NCBI GenBank assembly: GCA_965203325.1
Contig: OZ241875.1
Coordinates: 864,001 to 928,000 of the forward strand
Direction of reading: 5' to 3'
DNA: 64,000 nt
Source of the DNA: a bacterium
GTDB taxonomy: Bacteria > UBA8248
Of the stretch, positions 39,815 through 49,703 are shown piece after piece; positions within the stretch are counted from its first letter, which is position 1, and the number at the start of each line of letters is the position of its first letter. The notes beneath the pieces were generated by a model. It saw only the letters and a program-made list of their open reading frames with translations, had not been told where the DNA came from and did not search any database. Position numbers and translations under genes: made by a program.

Positions 39815-40081
39815 GGGGTTTTTGAAAAACCCCTTACAAGGTAATGGCAACTCCCTTGAAAGGGAAATCCCATAAAGGCAACCCCCCTACCCCCCTTGTC
39901 AGGGGTCAAAACCGACCGAAGAGGGAGGTTTTGCAAGACGATGTGTTTCTCGTCAATGGTTCATGCAAACGCTCGCTCATCACTCGCGTTTGACCCCTGA
40001 CAAGGGGGGTAGGGGGGGTTGATTTTTCATTCGAGAGGGCTTCTCCTCTACCCCTGAAATGTGGTCTTTTCCAACAACCCC
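39815..40081. mobile_element. Family-B1 MITE-like element with both IS-like ends
   Basis: GGGGTTTTTGAAAAACCC...CTTTTCCAACAACCCC enclosing the doublet at 39879-40021. Confidence 0.7.
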
Positions 40082-40096
40082 CTGCGAAACGCCTCC

Positions 40097-41776
40097 CTAC
40101 TCCGTCACAGCCAAGGGCGCCATGGCTTCGATGTCGCTCACGCAGTCGATGACGACGGGCCTGTTCGCGCTGAAGGCCCGGTCGAGCGCGCTCTTGAGCT
40201 CACCCGGCTTCTCCACCCGGATGCCCAGCGCGCCCATGGATTCGGCGATCTCGGCGAAATTCACCTCGTTCAGCATCCAGAGCTCATAGGCCTGCTTGGT
40301 CTGCTCGCCGCCGTAGGCGCGGTCGAAGCCGCGCTTCGACTGGTTGCCCGAGGCGTTGTTGTTCACCAGCGTCACGGCGTTTATCTTCCAGCGCACGGCG
40401 GTCTCTATCTCCGAAAGATGGTACCAGAAGCCCGAATCGCCGTTGAAGGTGAGCACCGGCCGCTCGGGAACGGCGCACTTGGCCCCCAGGCCCGCCGAGA
40501 AGGCCCAACCCAAGTGGCCCGCGCTGCGCATGTAGCTCTGGTCGGGGTGCGAGAGGTCGTACATGCCGCCCATCCACATGCCCGAGTGGCCCGTATCGGC
40601 CAGCACGACGCAATCGGACGGCAGCGAGTCCGTCAACTCCTGGCAGATGCGCTCGGGGCGCATGGGCGCAGCGTCCGATTCGAGATACCCGGTGAACTCA
40701 TCGCGCCAGCCTTGCACGAAGCCCTGCGCGCGCTCCACCCAGCCCGCGCGCGAGGCGGCGGAATCCCCGCTCGCCGCGTCGATCATCTTCTGGAGGCTCA
40801 CTTTCGCGTCGCCCAGGACGGCGGCTTGAAGTGGGTAGTTCCGCGCAAGCGCTTCGGGTTCGATGTCGAGTTGAATCGCGGGCGTACCGATGGGCGGTAC
40901 GGCCCAGAAGTGGGTCGTCATGCCGCCCGTCTCGGTGCCGACGAAGAAAACGAGGTCGGCCGCGTTCACGACCCGGTTCGCGCTCTTTCTCGAATAGGTG
41001 CCCACCACGCCGACCGAGAGCGGGTGGTTGCCGGGGATGTTGTCCTTGCCGTTCAGAGAGGTCGCCACCGGGATGTTCAGCTTCTCGGCCAGGGCGATGA
41101 GTTCCTTCGAAGCGCTCGATGAGCGAACCCCGCCGCCCGAGACGATGACGGGCCGCTCCGCCTTCTCCAGCAGTTCGACCGCTTTTTTCACCCGCGCCAT
41201 TTCCGGTTCTGGCCGGTAGGGGGGAAGCTCCTTGAAGTCCTCTTCGATGATCACCTCCATCTCGGCCTCTTCGATGTCGAGCTGGCCCTCGTTGCCCGCG
41301 AACTGGAGGTGAACCGGCCCTGGACAGCCCGACATGGCGACGCGGAAGGCCTGGCGCAGCATGTCCGGGAAGCGCGAGGCGTCGTCCACCGTGGCGTTGA
41401 ACTTGGTCACGGGTTCAAAGGCGGGAACGTCGTCCACCTCCTGGTAGACCTTGCGGAACTTGGTCTCGGGTACGCGCCCGCCCGTGAAGGCGAGGACGGG
41501 GGCTTTCGCCAGATAGGCGTCTCTCAAGCCCGCCGCCAGGTTAAGCGCGCCGATGACCTGCGCCATGCAGACGCCCGGCTTCTTGCCCGCGCGGGCGTAG
41601 CCGTCCGCCATGTAGGCGGCGGATTTCTCGCCGTGCGTCTGGATGCGGGCGATGTTCGTGCGCTCTTCCATCTCGGCCATCGAGCGCCTGAGCACGGCGG
41701 GAACCAGAAAAGTGTGCGTAACGCCATAGCCCTTGAGCATCTCGGCCATGACCTGGGCGCCTGTCATTTTCGGCAT
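40097..41776 (-). CDS. Thiamine diphosphate-dependent enzyme (acetolactate synthase-like)
   Basis: HGEKSAAYMADGYAR, GPVHL, GDSG...NNN ThDP motif. Confidence 0.9.
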   Translation of the reverse strand: MPKMTGAQVMAEMLKGYGVTHTFLVPAVLRRSMAEMEERTNIARIQTHGEKSAAYMADGYARAGKKPGVCMAQVIGALNLAAGLRDAYLAKAPVLAFTGGRVPETKFRKVYQEVDDVPAFEPVTKFNATVDDASRFPDMLRQAFRVAMSGCPGPVHLQFAGNEGQLDIEEAEMEVIIEEDFKELPPYRPEPEMARVKKAVELLEKAERPVIVSGGGVRSSSASKELIALAEKLNIPVATSLNGKDNIPGNHPLSVGVVGTYSRKSANRVVNAADLVFFVGTETGGMTTHFWAVPPIGTPAIQLDIEPEALARNYPLQAAVLGDAKVSLQKMIDAASGDSAASRAGWVERAQGFVQGWRDEFTGYLESDAAPMRPERICQELTDSLPSDCVVLADTGHSGMWMGGMYDLSHPDQSYMRSAGHLGWAFSAGLGAKCAVPERPVLTFNGDSGFWYHLSEIETAVRWKINAVTLVNNNASGNQSKRGFDRAYGGEQTKQAYELWMLNEVNFAEIAESMGALGIRVEKPGELKSALDRAFSANRPVVIDCVSDIEAMAPLAVTE

Positions 41777-41892
41777 TTGCAATTTCTCCTTGTCTTTACA
41801 CAAAATTTTCTTGGGACGATGAAATACGAAACCACCAGTTTCGGATTTTTCTGGGAATACCGGATAGAATTATCAGCTAAGGGCGAGAAAAG

Positions 41893-42795
41893 CTAGCCAC
41901 ACAAGGCATCGCGCACGGCGGCGGGAATCTCGCGCATGTCCTCCACCACGGCGGCGCCCGCCTCTTTCAGCAGCGCCTTTTTCCGCGCGGGGGAACCCTC
42001 GCCGCGCTCGATGATGGCCGCCGCGTGGCCGAAGCTCACGCCCTGCGGGGCGGACTCGTTCACCATCCCGGCGATGAAGGCGACCACCGGCTTGGTGAAG
42101 CCGCCATCATTCATGAGGCGCGCCGCGTCTTCTTCGGCGCACGAGCCGGGTTCTCCGAACAGGACGACGCACTCGGTATCCGGATCGTCTTGGAATATGG
42201 GCATGAGTTCAGAAAACGGCGCGCCCACCATGGCGTCCCCGCCGACGCTCACGTAGGTGCTCTGGCCGACCCCCTCGCGCGTCAGGAGCCAGCAGGTCTC
42301 GCTCCCCATCCCCCCGCTCCTGCTCAGCACGCCCACCGGCCCGCGCCGGAACAGGAGGTTCGTGACGGGCAAGTCCCCGCCCGTCCCGCCCATCTTGGCG
42401 CGTCCGGGGCTGATGATTCCTTGGCTGTTGGGGCCCACGAGCCGTACCTCCGCGCGCCGGGCATGGGCGATCATCCGCGCCACGTCGTGCTGCGGCACCC
42501 CTTCCGCGCATACGAGGATCATGCCGACGCCCGCGTCCGCCGCCTCGATGGCCGATTCCGCCGCAGCGGCGGCCGGCACGAACAGGACGGCGGCGTCCGC
42601 CGGGTGCTCCTGGAGGGCCGAGGCGAACGAGTCGTAGACGGGAACGCCGTCGCAATCCTCGCCCGCGCGTCCGGGCACGACGCCGGCCACGACATTCGTG
42701 CCGTACGCCCGCATGAAGCCCGTGTGGGCGCGCGCCTGCCAGCCGGTGATGCCGGCCACGACGACGCGCGTGGTCTCATCGACGAGGATGCTCAC
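41893..42795 (-). CDS. CoA-ligase (ADP-forming) alpha subunit, SucD-like
   Basis: RLVGPNSQG, SRSGG, SVGGD, phospho-His motif FGHAAA. Confidence 0.88.
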   Translation of the reverse strand: MSILVDETTRVVVAGITGWQARAHTGFMRAYGTNVVAGVVPGRAGEDCDGVPVYDSFASALQEHPADAAVLFVPAAAAAESAIEAADAGVGMILVCAEGVPQHDVARMIAHARRAEVRLVGPNSQGIISPGRAKMGGTGGDLPVTNLLFRRGPVGVLSRSGGMGSETCWLLTREGVGQSTYVSVGGDAMVGAPFSELMPIFQDDPDTECVVLFGEPGSCAEEDAARLMNDGGFTKPVVAFIAGMVNESAPQGVSFGHAAAIIERGEGSPARKKALLKEAGAAVVEDMREIPAAVRDALCG

Positions 42796-44039
42796 CGCGC
42801 ACCTCCCGCGCTCATCCACGACTCGCCGCGCTTCACGGCTTCCACCTGGGCGACGATGCGCTCGGCGGCCTCTTCGAGCGTCACCTCATCCCCAAGATAC
42901 TGAAGGCCCGGACAGCCCGCGGCGATCTCCCGCGCCTCCTCCCCGCCCGCGCCCGCGAAGCGCACGATGAAGGGGAATTCCGCGAGGTCGACCCCCGTTT
43001 CCTCTACCGCGCGGGCGATGGCGCTGACTTTCAGCTGGACGCGTGAGAAACTCGTGATGTTGCTGCCCGCGAGCGCACCCTTCACGTTCGGCATCCGGAG
43101 GATTTCTTTGGTGATCTCGTAATACTTCTCCTCAAGCGGCCCCGGCGTGATGTCGAACGCCGTGGCAGGCCTGCCGCCCAGGCGCGCCATCGTGTCGAGC
43201 AGATACAGGCCGCCCCCGCCCCCGCTCCACATGAGGGCGATCTCCCCGTCTTCTATCTCCGTGAAGCGCGCCGTGTTGAACGGAGGAATCCCCGCGTCTA
43301 TCTCCGCGACCCGCGCCTCGGCGGGCGTGGGCGGGCGCCAGCCGCCGCCTGAGTCCTCATCCAGCAACGCTTCCAGTTCGGGGTGGCGGAACAGGGCGTC
43401 CGCGTCCAGATCGAGTACGCACGCGGCGGCGATAACCTCATCCTTATCGGTCAGGACAAGCGGGTTGACCTCCAGAAGCCGCGCATCGGTGCGCCGGAAG
43501 AGCGCGTAGCAGGCCTCAATGGCCATCGCCGCGCGGTAGAGGCCCTCCCCGTGCACGCCCATCGCGCGCAGGAACGAGATGCACCGCTCCTCGCTCAGGC
43601 CATCCAAAATATCCACCTCGAGCCGCTTGAGGGCTTCGGGGTTTTCCTCCAGGAGCGCCTCGATCTCCACACCGCCTTCGGTGCTGAACATGACGAGCGG
43701 TCCGCGCGATGCGCTGTCGAAGGCGACCGAGAGATACCACTCCTGCGCTATCGAGACTTTCTCCTCCACCAGCAGGCGTTTGACGGGAAAATGGTGCACG
43801 ACGCGCCCCAGGAGTTTCCGGGCCGCTTCTTCCGCCTCACCGGGCGTATCGGCAGGTAGAATCGCCCCCGCCTTGCCGCGTTTTCCGGCGGGCACTAGGG
43901 CCTTCACCATCACGGAGCAGCCGACCCCGCGCGCAGCTTCCGCCGCTTCTTCCGGCGTCGTAACGGAGCGGCCACGGGGGACGCGCACGCCCGCGTCGGC
44001 AAGGAGCGCTTTGGCCCTGTCCTCGAACACGCGGGGCAT
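42792..44039 (-). CDS. CoA-ligase (ADP-forming) beta subunit, SucC-like ATP-grasp
   Basis: EDRAKALL, VKA...GKRGKAG, STEGGVEIE, LEVNPL, DADALFRH. Confidence 0.88.
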   Translation of the reverse strand: MPRVFEDRAKALLADAGVRVPRGRSVTTPEEAAEAARGVGCSVMVKALVPAGKRGKAGAILPADTPGEAEEAARKLLGRVVHHFPVKRLLVEEKVSIAQEWYLSVAFDSASRGPLVMFSTEGGVEIEALLEENPEALKRLEVDILDGLSEERCISFLRAMGVHGEGLYRAAMAIEACYALFRRTDARLLEVNPLVLTDKDEVIAAACVLDLDADALFRHPELEALLDEDSGGGWRPPTPAEARVAEIDAGIPPFNTARFTEIEDGEIALMWSGGGGGLYLLDTMARLGGRPATAFDITPGPLEEKYYEITKEILRMPNVKGALAGSNITSFSRVQLKVSAIARAVEETGVDLAEFPFIVRFAGAGGEEAREIAAGCPGLQYLGDEVTLEEAAERIVAQVEAVKRGESWMSAGGAR

Positions 44040-44070
44040 GGCTATCTCACCGGAACCGGAAGTAGTGTGT

Positions 44071-44865
44071 TTACAGGATGGCCACGGGGCGGACGGGCGA
44101 GCCCGTGCCGCCGCGCACCTTGAGCGGCAGACAGACGAAGAGAAATTCATGCGCGCGGGCTTGGCTCAACTCCTCTAGCACGGCGACTTCGAGCAGATGG
44201 ATGCCGCTGTCGACCAGCATGTGGCAGTGCACCGGCAGGGAGGGAGCGGGCAGCACCTCGACGGCGAAGTTATCGCTCCCCGCCATGAAGATTCCCTGGT
44301 CGGAGAGCCATTTGGCGGCTTCGAGGTCGATTCCGGGCACGCCGCCTTTTTGGTGATAGTAGTTCCGGCCCGGCCAGTGTCGCATGTGGCCCGTGCGTAC
44401 GAGGACGACGTCGCCCTCTTCTATCCTGACGCCCTGGGCTGCGGCCGCGGCTCCCAGTTCTTCTTTCGTTATAGGCCGCCCCGCCTCCAAAACGTCTTTT
44501 TTGAGGTATGCCGCCACGTCGATCATCACGCCGCGCCGCACCACGGGCGCCACGCTCTCGACCCCGTGGGCTTTCAAGCCTTCGGTCTTGCTCTGATGCC
44601 CGGCGGCGTCCAGCCCGCCGTGGAGCTTCATGTCCCGCGCGACGTGGCCCAGGGCGTCGATGTGCGTGCCCGTGTGGCCGGTGCAGAAGAACGTATCCAC
44701 CGCCGAGCACGCCCCGCCCGCGTACATGAAGTCGCCGTGTTCCCTGATCATCGAATACCCGAACGGGCCGTGCAGCGGCACGTGGGGCATTCCGGGGAAA
44801 AGCTCTACCCCTAAATCGAACACTCTGCTGCCGCGCGCGATGGCGCGCAGGTCTTCCATGTTCAT
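44071..44865 (-). CDS. Cyclase family (kynurenine formamidase-like) metal hydrolase
   Basis: HTGTHIDALGH, GDVVLVRTG, GGTGSPVRPVA. Confidence 0.9.
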   Translation of the reverse strand: MNMEDLRAIARGSRVFDLGVELFPGMPHVPLHGPFGYSMIREHGDFMYAGGACSAVDTFFCTGHTGTHIDALGHVARDMKLHGGLDAAGHQSKTEGLKAHGVESVAPVVRRGVMIDVAAYLKKDVLEAGRPITKEELGAAAAAQGVRIEEGDVVLVRTGHMRHWPGRNYYHQKGGVPGIDLEAAKWLSDQGIFMAGSDNFAVEVLPAPSLPVHCHMLVDSGIHLLEVAVLEELSQARAHEFLFVCLPLKVRGGTGSPVRPVAIL

Positions 44866-44959
44866 GATTCCCCCATTGAAAATTTCAGGAATTGTATCAA
44901 AGACATACCTCTACGCTTTATTCCTTGCCCGAAACGAGTGTTCACAACTCCGGCTCGGG

Positions 44960-45607
44960 TTAGTCTTCTTCAATCACGCTGTCGCTGATCCCATATACTT
45001 CTGCGTAAATGTCCGAGAGGTTTCTGCCTTCGAAAGTCCAATGCCCACAGGGCGGAGCCGAGTAAGCCAGGTTCAAGGCTACCCTCGTTGCAGCCGTCAG
45101 AGACATTTCCTCGCCGCGAAACGACACCTTTTTCTCTCCAATCACGACCGCTTTCTCGTGTGCGCCTTTCGTGGACACAAGCTCCGAACCATCCGGAACT
45201 CCCATCTCTGTGAAATTGAAATTCGGTTTACGGTTGCGTCTTTGGAATTTCCTCGCATCCTCTTTCTCTTCGGAAGACAAATCTTTACCCATGTCACGCC
45301 CAATCTCCGGCGTAACGTCTCGGGCGTCCGGCCAGATTTTGAGCAGAGCCTCCACCTGAGAACTTTTTACCGAGAAGAACTCTCTCGAACGATTCTCTCT
45401 TTGCGGCTCGAATGCGGCATGGAGGGCTTTCTCCAGTTCATCCCCATTATTCTCGACCTCGACCGCGATGGCGCAATTAAACGCAAAGGGAACGCCCGTC
45501 GTATACAGCTCTTTCATTCTCGCCCGGAGGTTATCCCGCTTCGTCTTGCCGATCTTGACGAGACCGGGCATCGCCGGGTTGGTCAGGACATATACGATGA
45601 CGGACAT
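44960..45607 (-). CDS. GIY-YIG nuclease family protein (T5orf172-like)
   Basis: IVYVLTNPAMPGLVKIGKT, TGVPFAF, LEKALH, REFF; C-terminal 'FNFTEMG...HWTFEG' domain. Confidence 0.85.
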   Translation of the reverse strand: MSVIVYVLTNPAMPGLVKIGKTKRDNLRARMKELYTTGVPFAFNCAIAVEVENNGDELEKALHAAFEPQRENRSREFFSVKSSQVEALLKIWPDARDVTPEIGRDMGKDLSSEEKEDARKFQRRNRKPNFNFTEMGVPDGSELVSTKGAHEKAVVIGEKKVSFRGEEMSLTAATRVALNLAYSAPPCGHWTFEGRNLSDIYAEVYGISDSVIEED

Positions 45608-45869
45608 GATTTTTCCTTACTTAGCAACTTCTTTTTAGCTGCCACAAATCAGACACCTTGCCATACATACTTAAAGCGAAAAGAGCGTTTTCGTATCTGA
45701 GACCACTATCGACGAAGCGCCGCAGGAAGGTCTATTAACTTCTTCATTCCCTGACCGATAGCTCCGGATCGCGTTTGGGCTACTATAGCTTTGCGTCTCC
45801 CCATCGGGCAAGGTAAACAGGGATGGAGATGGAAACGCGGCTTATCGAACCTCCCCGGAGCAGGAACGC

Positions 45870-46292
45870 ATGAATCTGGCGGCGTATATTCACCCGGCTT
45901 TTCAGATAATCACCCTTTCGCTGGGCCTGGTCACGCTGGCGAACGGCCTGCGCGTGAGGCGCTCGCGCAAGGGGGGCGCCGGCCCCGAGACGGCGCGGAT
46001 CGCCCGACTGCACATGCGGCTCGGTCGGTGGTTTATTACTCTTTTCTCAGTGGGTTACGCACTCGGATTGGGGGGTATGCGCTTCGCCCTGGAAGGCCCC
46101 CTCTACGAGACGGCGCACAGCTATTTCGCCACCCTGACGCTCGTCCTGTTCTGGACGACGGCCTGGCTGGGCCGGAAGCTGAGGAAAAATCCGGGTAAAG
46201 ATGATCTAAGGCAGATTCATTCCTATTGCGGGTTTCTCGCCGTCTTCATCGCCCTGTTCGTCGCCGTTCTGGGGATGCGGCTGCTTCCCTAG
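45870..46292 (+). CDS. Four-TM membrane protein with conserved His residues (DUF4079/cytochrome b561-like)
   Basis: Four hydrophobic helices with His in IHP, LHM, AHS and IHS. Confidence 0.55.
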   Translation: MNLAAYIHPAFQIITLSLGLVTLANGLRVRRSRKGGAGPETARIARLHMRLGRWFITLFSVGYALGLGGMRFALEGPLYETAHSYFATLTLVLFWTTAWLGRKLRKNPGKDDLRQIHSYCGFLAVFIALFVAVLGMRLLP

Positions 46293-46317
46293 CGTCTCCC
46301 GTGCGTATCATGACCGG

Positions 46318-47076
46318 TTACCAGCTAAACCTGTAGATGATCGCCAGGCGCGCGACACCGAGTTCTGCGTCGATATCGTAGGGACACGGTCGCCGGGGCA
46401 TTTCCGGCCCACAGCGGTTATCGCCCGAGCGATTGACGTAATGGGTGCTCCGCCCGAAATCCATATAAGAGCCTTCGAGCCGCAGCGTCCAGGATTCGTC
46501 CAAGGGGACTTCCAGACCCAAGCCGAGCGTCCAGCCGAACCCGGTCGATACGTCGCGAAATGAATCGTCAGGGTCCATCCGAGGCGGCGTGTCCACGCCG
46601 GAATCGATGTCAGTCACCGAGTTCTCGAACCGAGCGGCCGCAACCCCGCCGGATACGAACACCGTCACTGGGCCGATGGACCGCTCAACCCCAACACGCG
46701 CTGCGGCGACCCATCGAAATTCCGATACCACCGTCTCGTCCAGACCTTCCGGATCGAGTCTGTTCGACCTCGCCGATATATCCCCGAACATTGCGTCGAG
46801 TTCGAGTCTGAGCGGTACGCCACCAATCCGTAGCCTTTTCCCCGCCAGCGCGCCGGCGAGATAGCCCGAATCCTCATAACCGAGAACCGCTCCGGTATTG
46901 CCCCAGTTCGCGAAACCATCGACATCAGTGATTTTGTTCTTCGCTCGACCGAAGCCTGTTTGCGCGCCCACGTAGGTCACGCCCCACTCGAACCCCGCAT
47001 CATCCCCCCAGCGTTTGCCGGAGTGGCGAGCATCAGCGTCAACAAAGCGGAAAACACCACGACAGACTGACGCCAT
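46318..47076 (-). CDS. Outer-membrane beta-barrel protein (Omp25/RopB-like)
   Basis: YVGAQTG, GWTLGLGLE, LRLEGSYMDFG and C-terminal IYRFSW. Start and signal peptide are uncertain. Confidence 0.65.
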   Translation of the reverse strand: MASVCRGVFRFVDADARHSGKRWGDDAGFEWGVTYVGAQTGFGRAKNKITDVDGFANWGNTGAVLGYEDSGYLAGALAGKRLRIGGVPLRLELDAMFGDISARSNRLDPEGLDETVVSEFRWVAAARVGVERSIGPVTVFVSGGVAAARFENSVTDIDSGVDTPPRMDPDDSFRDVSTGFGWTLGLGLEVPLDESWTLRLEGSYMDFGRSTHYVNRSGDNRCGPEMPRRPCPYDIDAELGVARLAIIYRFSW

Positions 47077-47306
47077 ATGAAATATCGCCTTGAACTTGTA
47101 TGAAACATTTTCATCCTTTTTTCTGTGTATTGTGGGCGTGCGCCATCATACCCACTTTCTCTCCAATCAAAAAACGTTGCTGCTCCCCTGATCTCTTCGA
47201 TTCTGATAGAATCGGACCGATGCCGCCGCTCTACGAGGCAGAATCCATGACGGTATTCCCCTTGATGTTGTCGCGCCGAATCCATCCCCCCAGGGGAGAA
47301 AGAACC

Positions 47307-48236
47307 ATGCTGAGAAAATCGAGGCTCGTCCTTCTCGGCGCCCTCCTTGTCGTCTCGATATGGGCCGCCCTTCCGGCTCTGGCGGCGAACGCACCCAAGA
47401 ACCCGTGCGCCGGAAACCCTTGCGCCGCCCAAAATCCCTGCGCGGCGAAGAACGCCTGCGCCAGGACGGAGAAAAACCCGCGCATCGTCAAACCGTCCAC
47501 CTCCCCTGCGGGCGGCGGGGCCCGGGCGGCTAGCAAAAAGCCGACCGTCACGCATCCGCCCTCTCTCTCCACCCCGAAGCGCGACGCCAGCGTGAAGGAC
47601 GCCGTCGCCCGGGGCAGGAAAATCTTCCGCAGCACCGGCTGCGTCAGCTGCCACCCCAGGGGCCGCACCATCCGGGGCACCGTCGTGGACGTCACGGGCG
47701 CGAGGCATCCGGTTCCCGTCCCGACCCTCATCGGAGCGTCGGAGCACTTCCCGCGCCTGAGTCCGGCGGGACATGTGGTGAGCGTCGGGCAGTTCAACGA
47801 CTGGTGCGCCAGGACGTTCATCGGAAACCCGCCCATGAACCCCTATTCGCAGGAATACAAGGACCTGGAAGCCTACGTGGCCTCCCTCTCGCCCGCGCGG
47901 TATGCGCGCATGCTCGAGTGGGAAGCGAAGCGCAAGGCGTTCATGAAGACGGTGCAACCCGCGGCCGGTGGCGCAAACCCCGGCGGAACCAACGCCGCCG
48001 CACCGAAGAATCCCGGCGGGGATGCGTCCATTGCGAGAAACCCAGGTGAACCTGCGAATCCGTGTGCGCCGAACAACCCCGGCGCACCAGCGAATCCATG
48101 CGCCGCCACGAACCCGTGCGCACCCCAAAGCCCAGGCGCGTCCAGTAATCCGTGCGCTGCACAAAACCCTTGCGCTCCCCAAAACCCGTGTGCCGCCAAG
48201 AATCCGTGCGCCAAAAATCCTTGCGCGAAGAAATAA
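47307..48236 (+). CDS. Secreted monoheme cytochrome c (SoxA-like C-terminal part) with NPC(A) repeats
   Basis: Signal peptide, CVSCH, FNDWC...DLEAYV. 3 NPC + 1 NAC at the N-terminus and 8 NPC at the C-terminus. Confidence 0.8.
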   Translation: MLRKSRLVLLGALLVVSIWAALPALAANAPKNPCAGNPCAAQNPCAAKNACARTEKNPRIVKPSTSPAGGGARAASKKPTVTHPPSLSTPKRDASVKDAVARGRKIFRSTGCVSCHPRGRTIRGTVVDVTGARHPVPVPTLIGASEHFPRLSPAGHVVSVGQFNDWCARTFIGNPPMNPYSQEYKDLEAYVASLSPARYARMLEWEAKRKAFMKTVQPAAGGANPGGTNAAAPKNPGGDASIARNPGEPANPCAPNNPGAPANPCAATNPCAPQSPGASSNPCAAQNPCAPQNPCAAKNPCAKNPCAKK

Positions 48237-48336
48237 TGGTGGCTTGACCGGCATCATCGGGTGAGCAACCGGCGCGCCCGCGCTTGAGACTCAGCCTCCA
48301 ACCCGTATCGACGAGACCGCTGGAAGAGGACAGGAA

Positions 48337-49137
48337 ATGAAGTTTTTGAGGAAAAAGGGGGTGTGGGTCGCCCTGGCTTGCTCGCTGAGCCTCACCGCGC
48401 CCGCCGCCTCTCTTGCGGCCAGGAGAATCCCCCCGAATCCCGAAACGGCGAAGCAAAACGGCGGGGATTACTGGCGGGGCAAGAAAATTTACGGGGAAAT
48501 CTGCTTCTCCTGCCACGGGGTCAAGGGCGACGGCAAGGGGCCGATCTGGCGGACGGTGAGGCCGAGGCCCCAGGTGTTCATCAGCCCCTACATGAAGCGC
48601 ATGACGGACGACTACATGTTCGCCGTCGTGAAGTTCGGCAAGATGAACGTGCTCAAAAACCAGACAAAGGGCCACAAGGTGAAGAACGGCGTCCCCACCG
48701 CCATGCCCTCCTTCGGCGAATCGCTGGACGACGCGCAGATCCGAAAACTCATCAGGTGGGTGCGCGGCTTCAGCAAAGGGGAGCAGCCGAAAGACGAGGT
48801 GAGCCGGGAAATCTTCACCGACGCCTGCTCCCAGTGCCACGGCGAAAAAGGCCTCGGAAACGGTGCCCGCCCCGTGGAGGATCAGGACCCCGGAAAGCCG
48901 TTCATCAGCCACATCCAGCCGCCGCCGATGAACTATCACCTGCGAGAGCAGATGGCGCGCTTCAATGACGGGTTTCTCTTCTGGCTCATCAAGCTCGGAC
49001 GCATCGACGCCAGCGAGATAAAGAAGTTCAATTTCATGCAGTCCTACGGCCACCTGCTGAAAGACGAGGATATCTGGTCGGTCGTCCGCTACGTCCGGGA
49101 AGCGTTCATCAACGGAAAACCGCGAAAGAACAAATAG
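48337..49137 (+). CDS. Diheme cytochrome c
   Basis: Signal peptide; CFSCH...AMPSF and CSQCH...FMQSY; internal duplication. Confidence 0.88.
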   Translation: MKFLRKKGVWVALACSLSLTAPAASLAARRIPPNPETAKQNGGDYWRGKKIYGEICFSCHGVKGDGKGPIWRTVRPRPQVFISPYMKRMTDDYMFAVVKFGKMNVLKNQTKGHKVKNGVPTAMPSFGESLDDAQIRKLIRWVRGFSKGEQPKDEVSREIFTDACSQCHGEKGLGNGARPVEDQDPGKPFISHIQPPPMNYHLREQMARFNDGFLFWLIKLGRIDASEIKKFNFMQSYGHLLKDEDIWSVVRYVREAFINGKPRKNK

Positions 49138-49191
49138 GCGGGGCATAAAGGGGCTCTTTCGAATACCGCCGCCGCCGAGGAGTGATGAACG

Positions 49192-49620
49192 ATGCGCTTG
49201 TGGAGCCTTCATCCCAAATATCTCGATGCCAGGGGCCTCGTCGCCCTCTGGCGAGAAGCCCTGCTCGCCCAGTCGCTTCTGGCGGATGAGACGAAGGGCT
49301 ACCGCAATCATCCCCAACTTGAGCGGTTCCGCGCAGGCGCCAGACCCGCCGCCCTCATCGCCGAATATCTGAGAGCCGTGCGCGCGGAATCGCTTGCGCG
49401 TGGCTACCGGTTCGATAAAGGCAAGATAGGCCGCCTTCGAACTTCGAAACGACTGGACGTTACGAGCGGCCAGCTCGAATTCGAGTGGCGTCACCTGATG
49501 AAAAAGCTGGAAACCCGCGCGCCCGAACTACACGAAACATACCTGGTGGAGGCCTCGCCCGAACCCCATCCCCTTTTCCGCGTCACGCCCGGCGGAATCG
49601 CCGGTTGGGAGCGAGCGTAA
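49192..49620 (+). CDS. Pyrimidine dimer DNA glycosylase/endonuclease V family protein
   Basis: MRLWSLHPKYLD..GLVALWREALLAQ, GYRNHPQLERF. Confidence 0.85.
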   Translation: MRLWSLHPKYLDARGLVALWREALLAQSLLADETKGYRNHPQLERFRAGARPAALIAEYLRAVRAESLARGYRFDKGKIGRLRTSKRLDVTSGQLEFEWRHLMKKLETRAPELHETYLVEASPEPHPLFRVTPGGIAGWERA

Positions 49621-49703
49621 GGCTTCGTTTCAAGACAAGACGCGCCGCGCGGTTTGTGAGAAAATGCGCGCGTCGCCCGAAATCTCCGTTTCCTGGGAGT
49701 TTC

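Noticed and set aside
38500..40081. Composite transposon carrying the alpha/beta hydrolase
   Set aside because: The outer IS-like ends face inward, but I see no target duplication and such repeats occupy many intergenic gaps. Chance flanking is sufficient.
48040..48236. Tandem AATCCGTGCGC-like repeats as a possible CRISPR array
   Set aside because: Units are short, in-frame and encode NPC repeats. There are no unique 30-40 bp spacers and no cas genes.
47941..49494. Long antisense ORFs (517 aa here; also 5871-7598, 24601-25845, 60329-61795 and others)
   Set aside because: Shadow frames of well-supported genes in GC-rich DNA.
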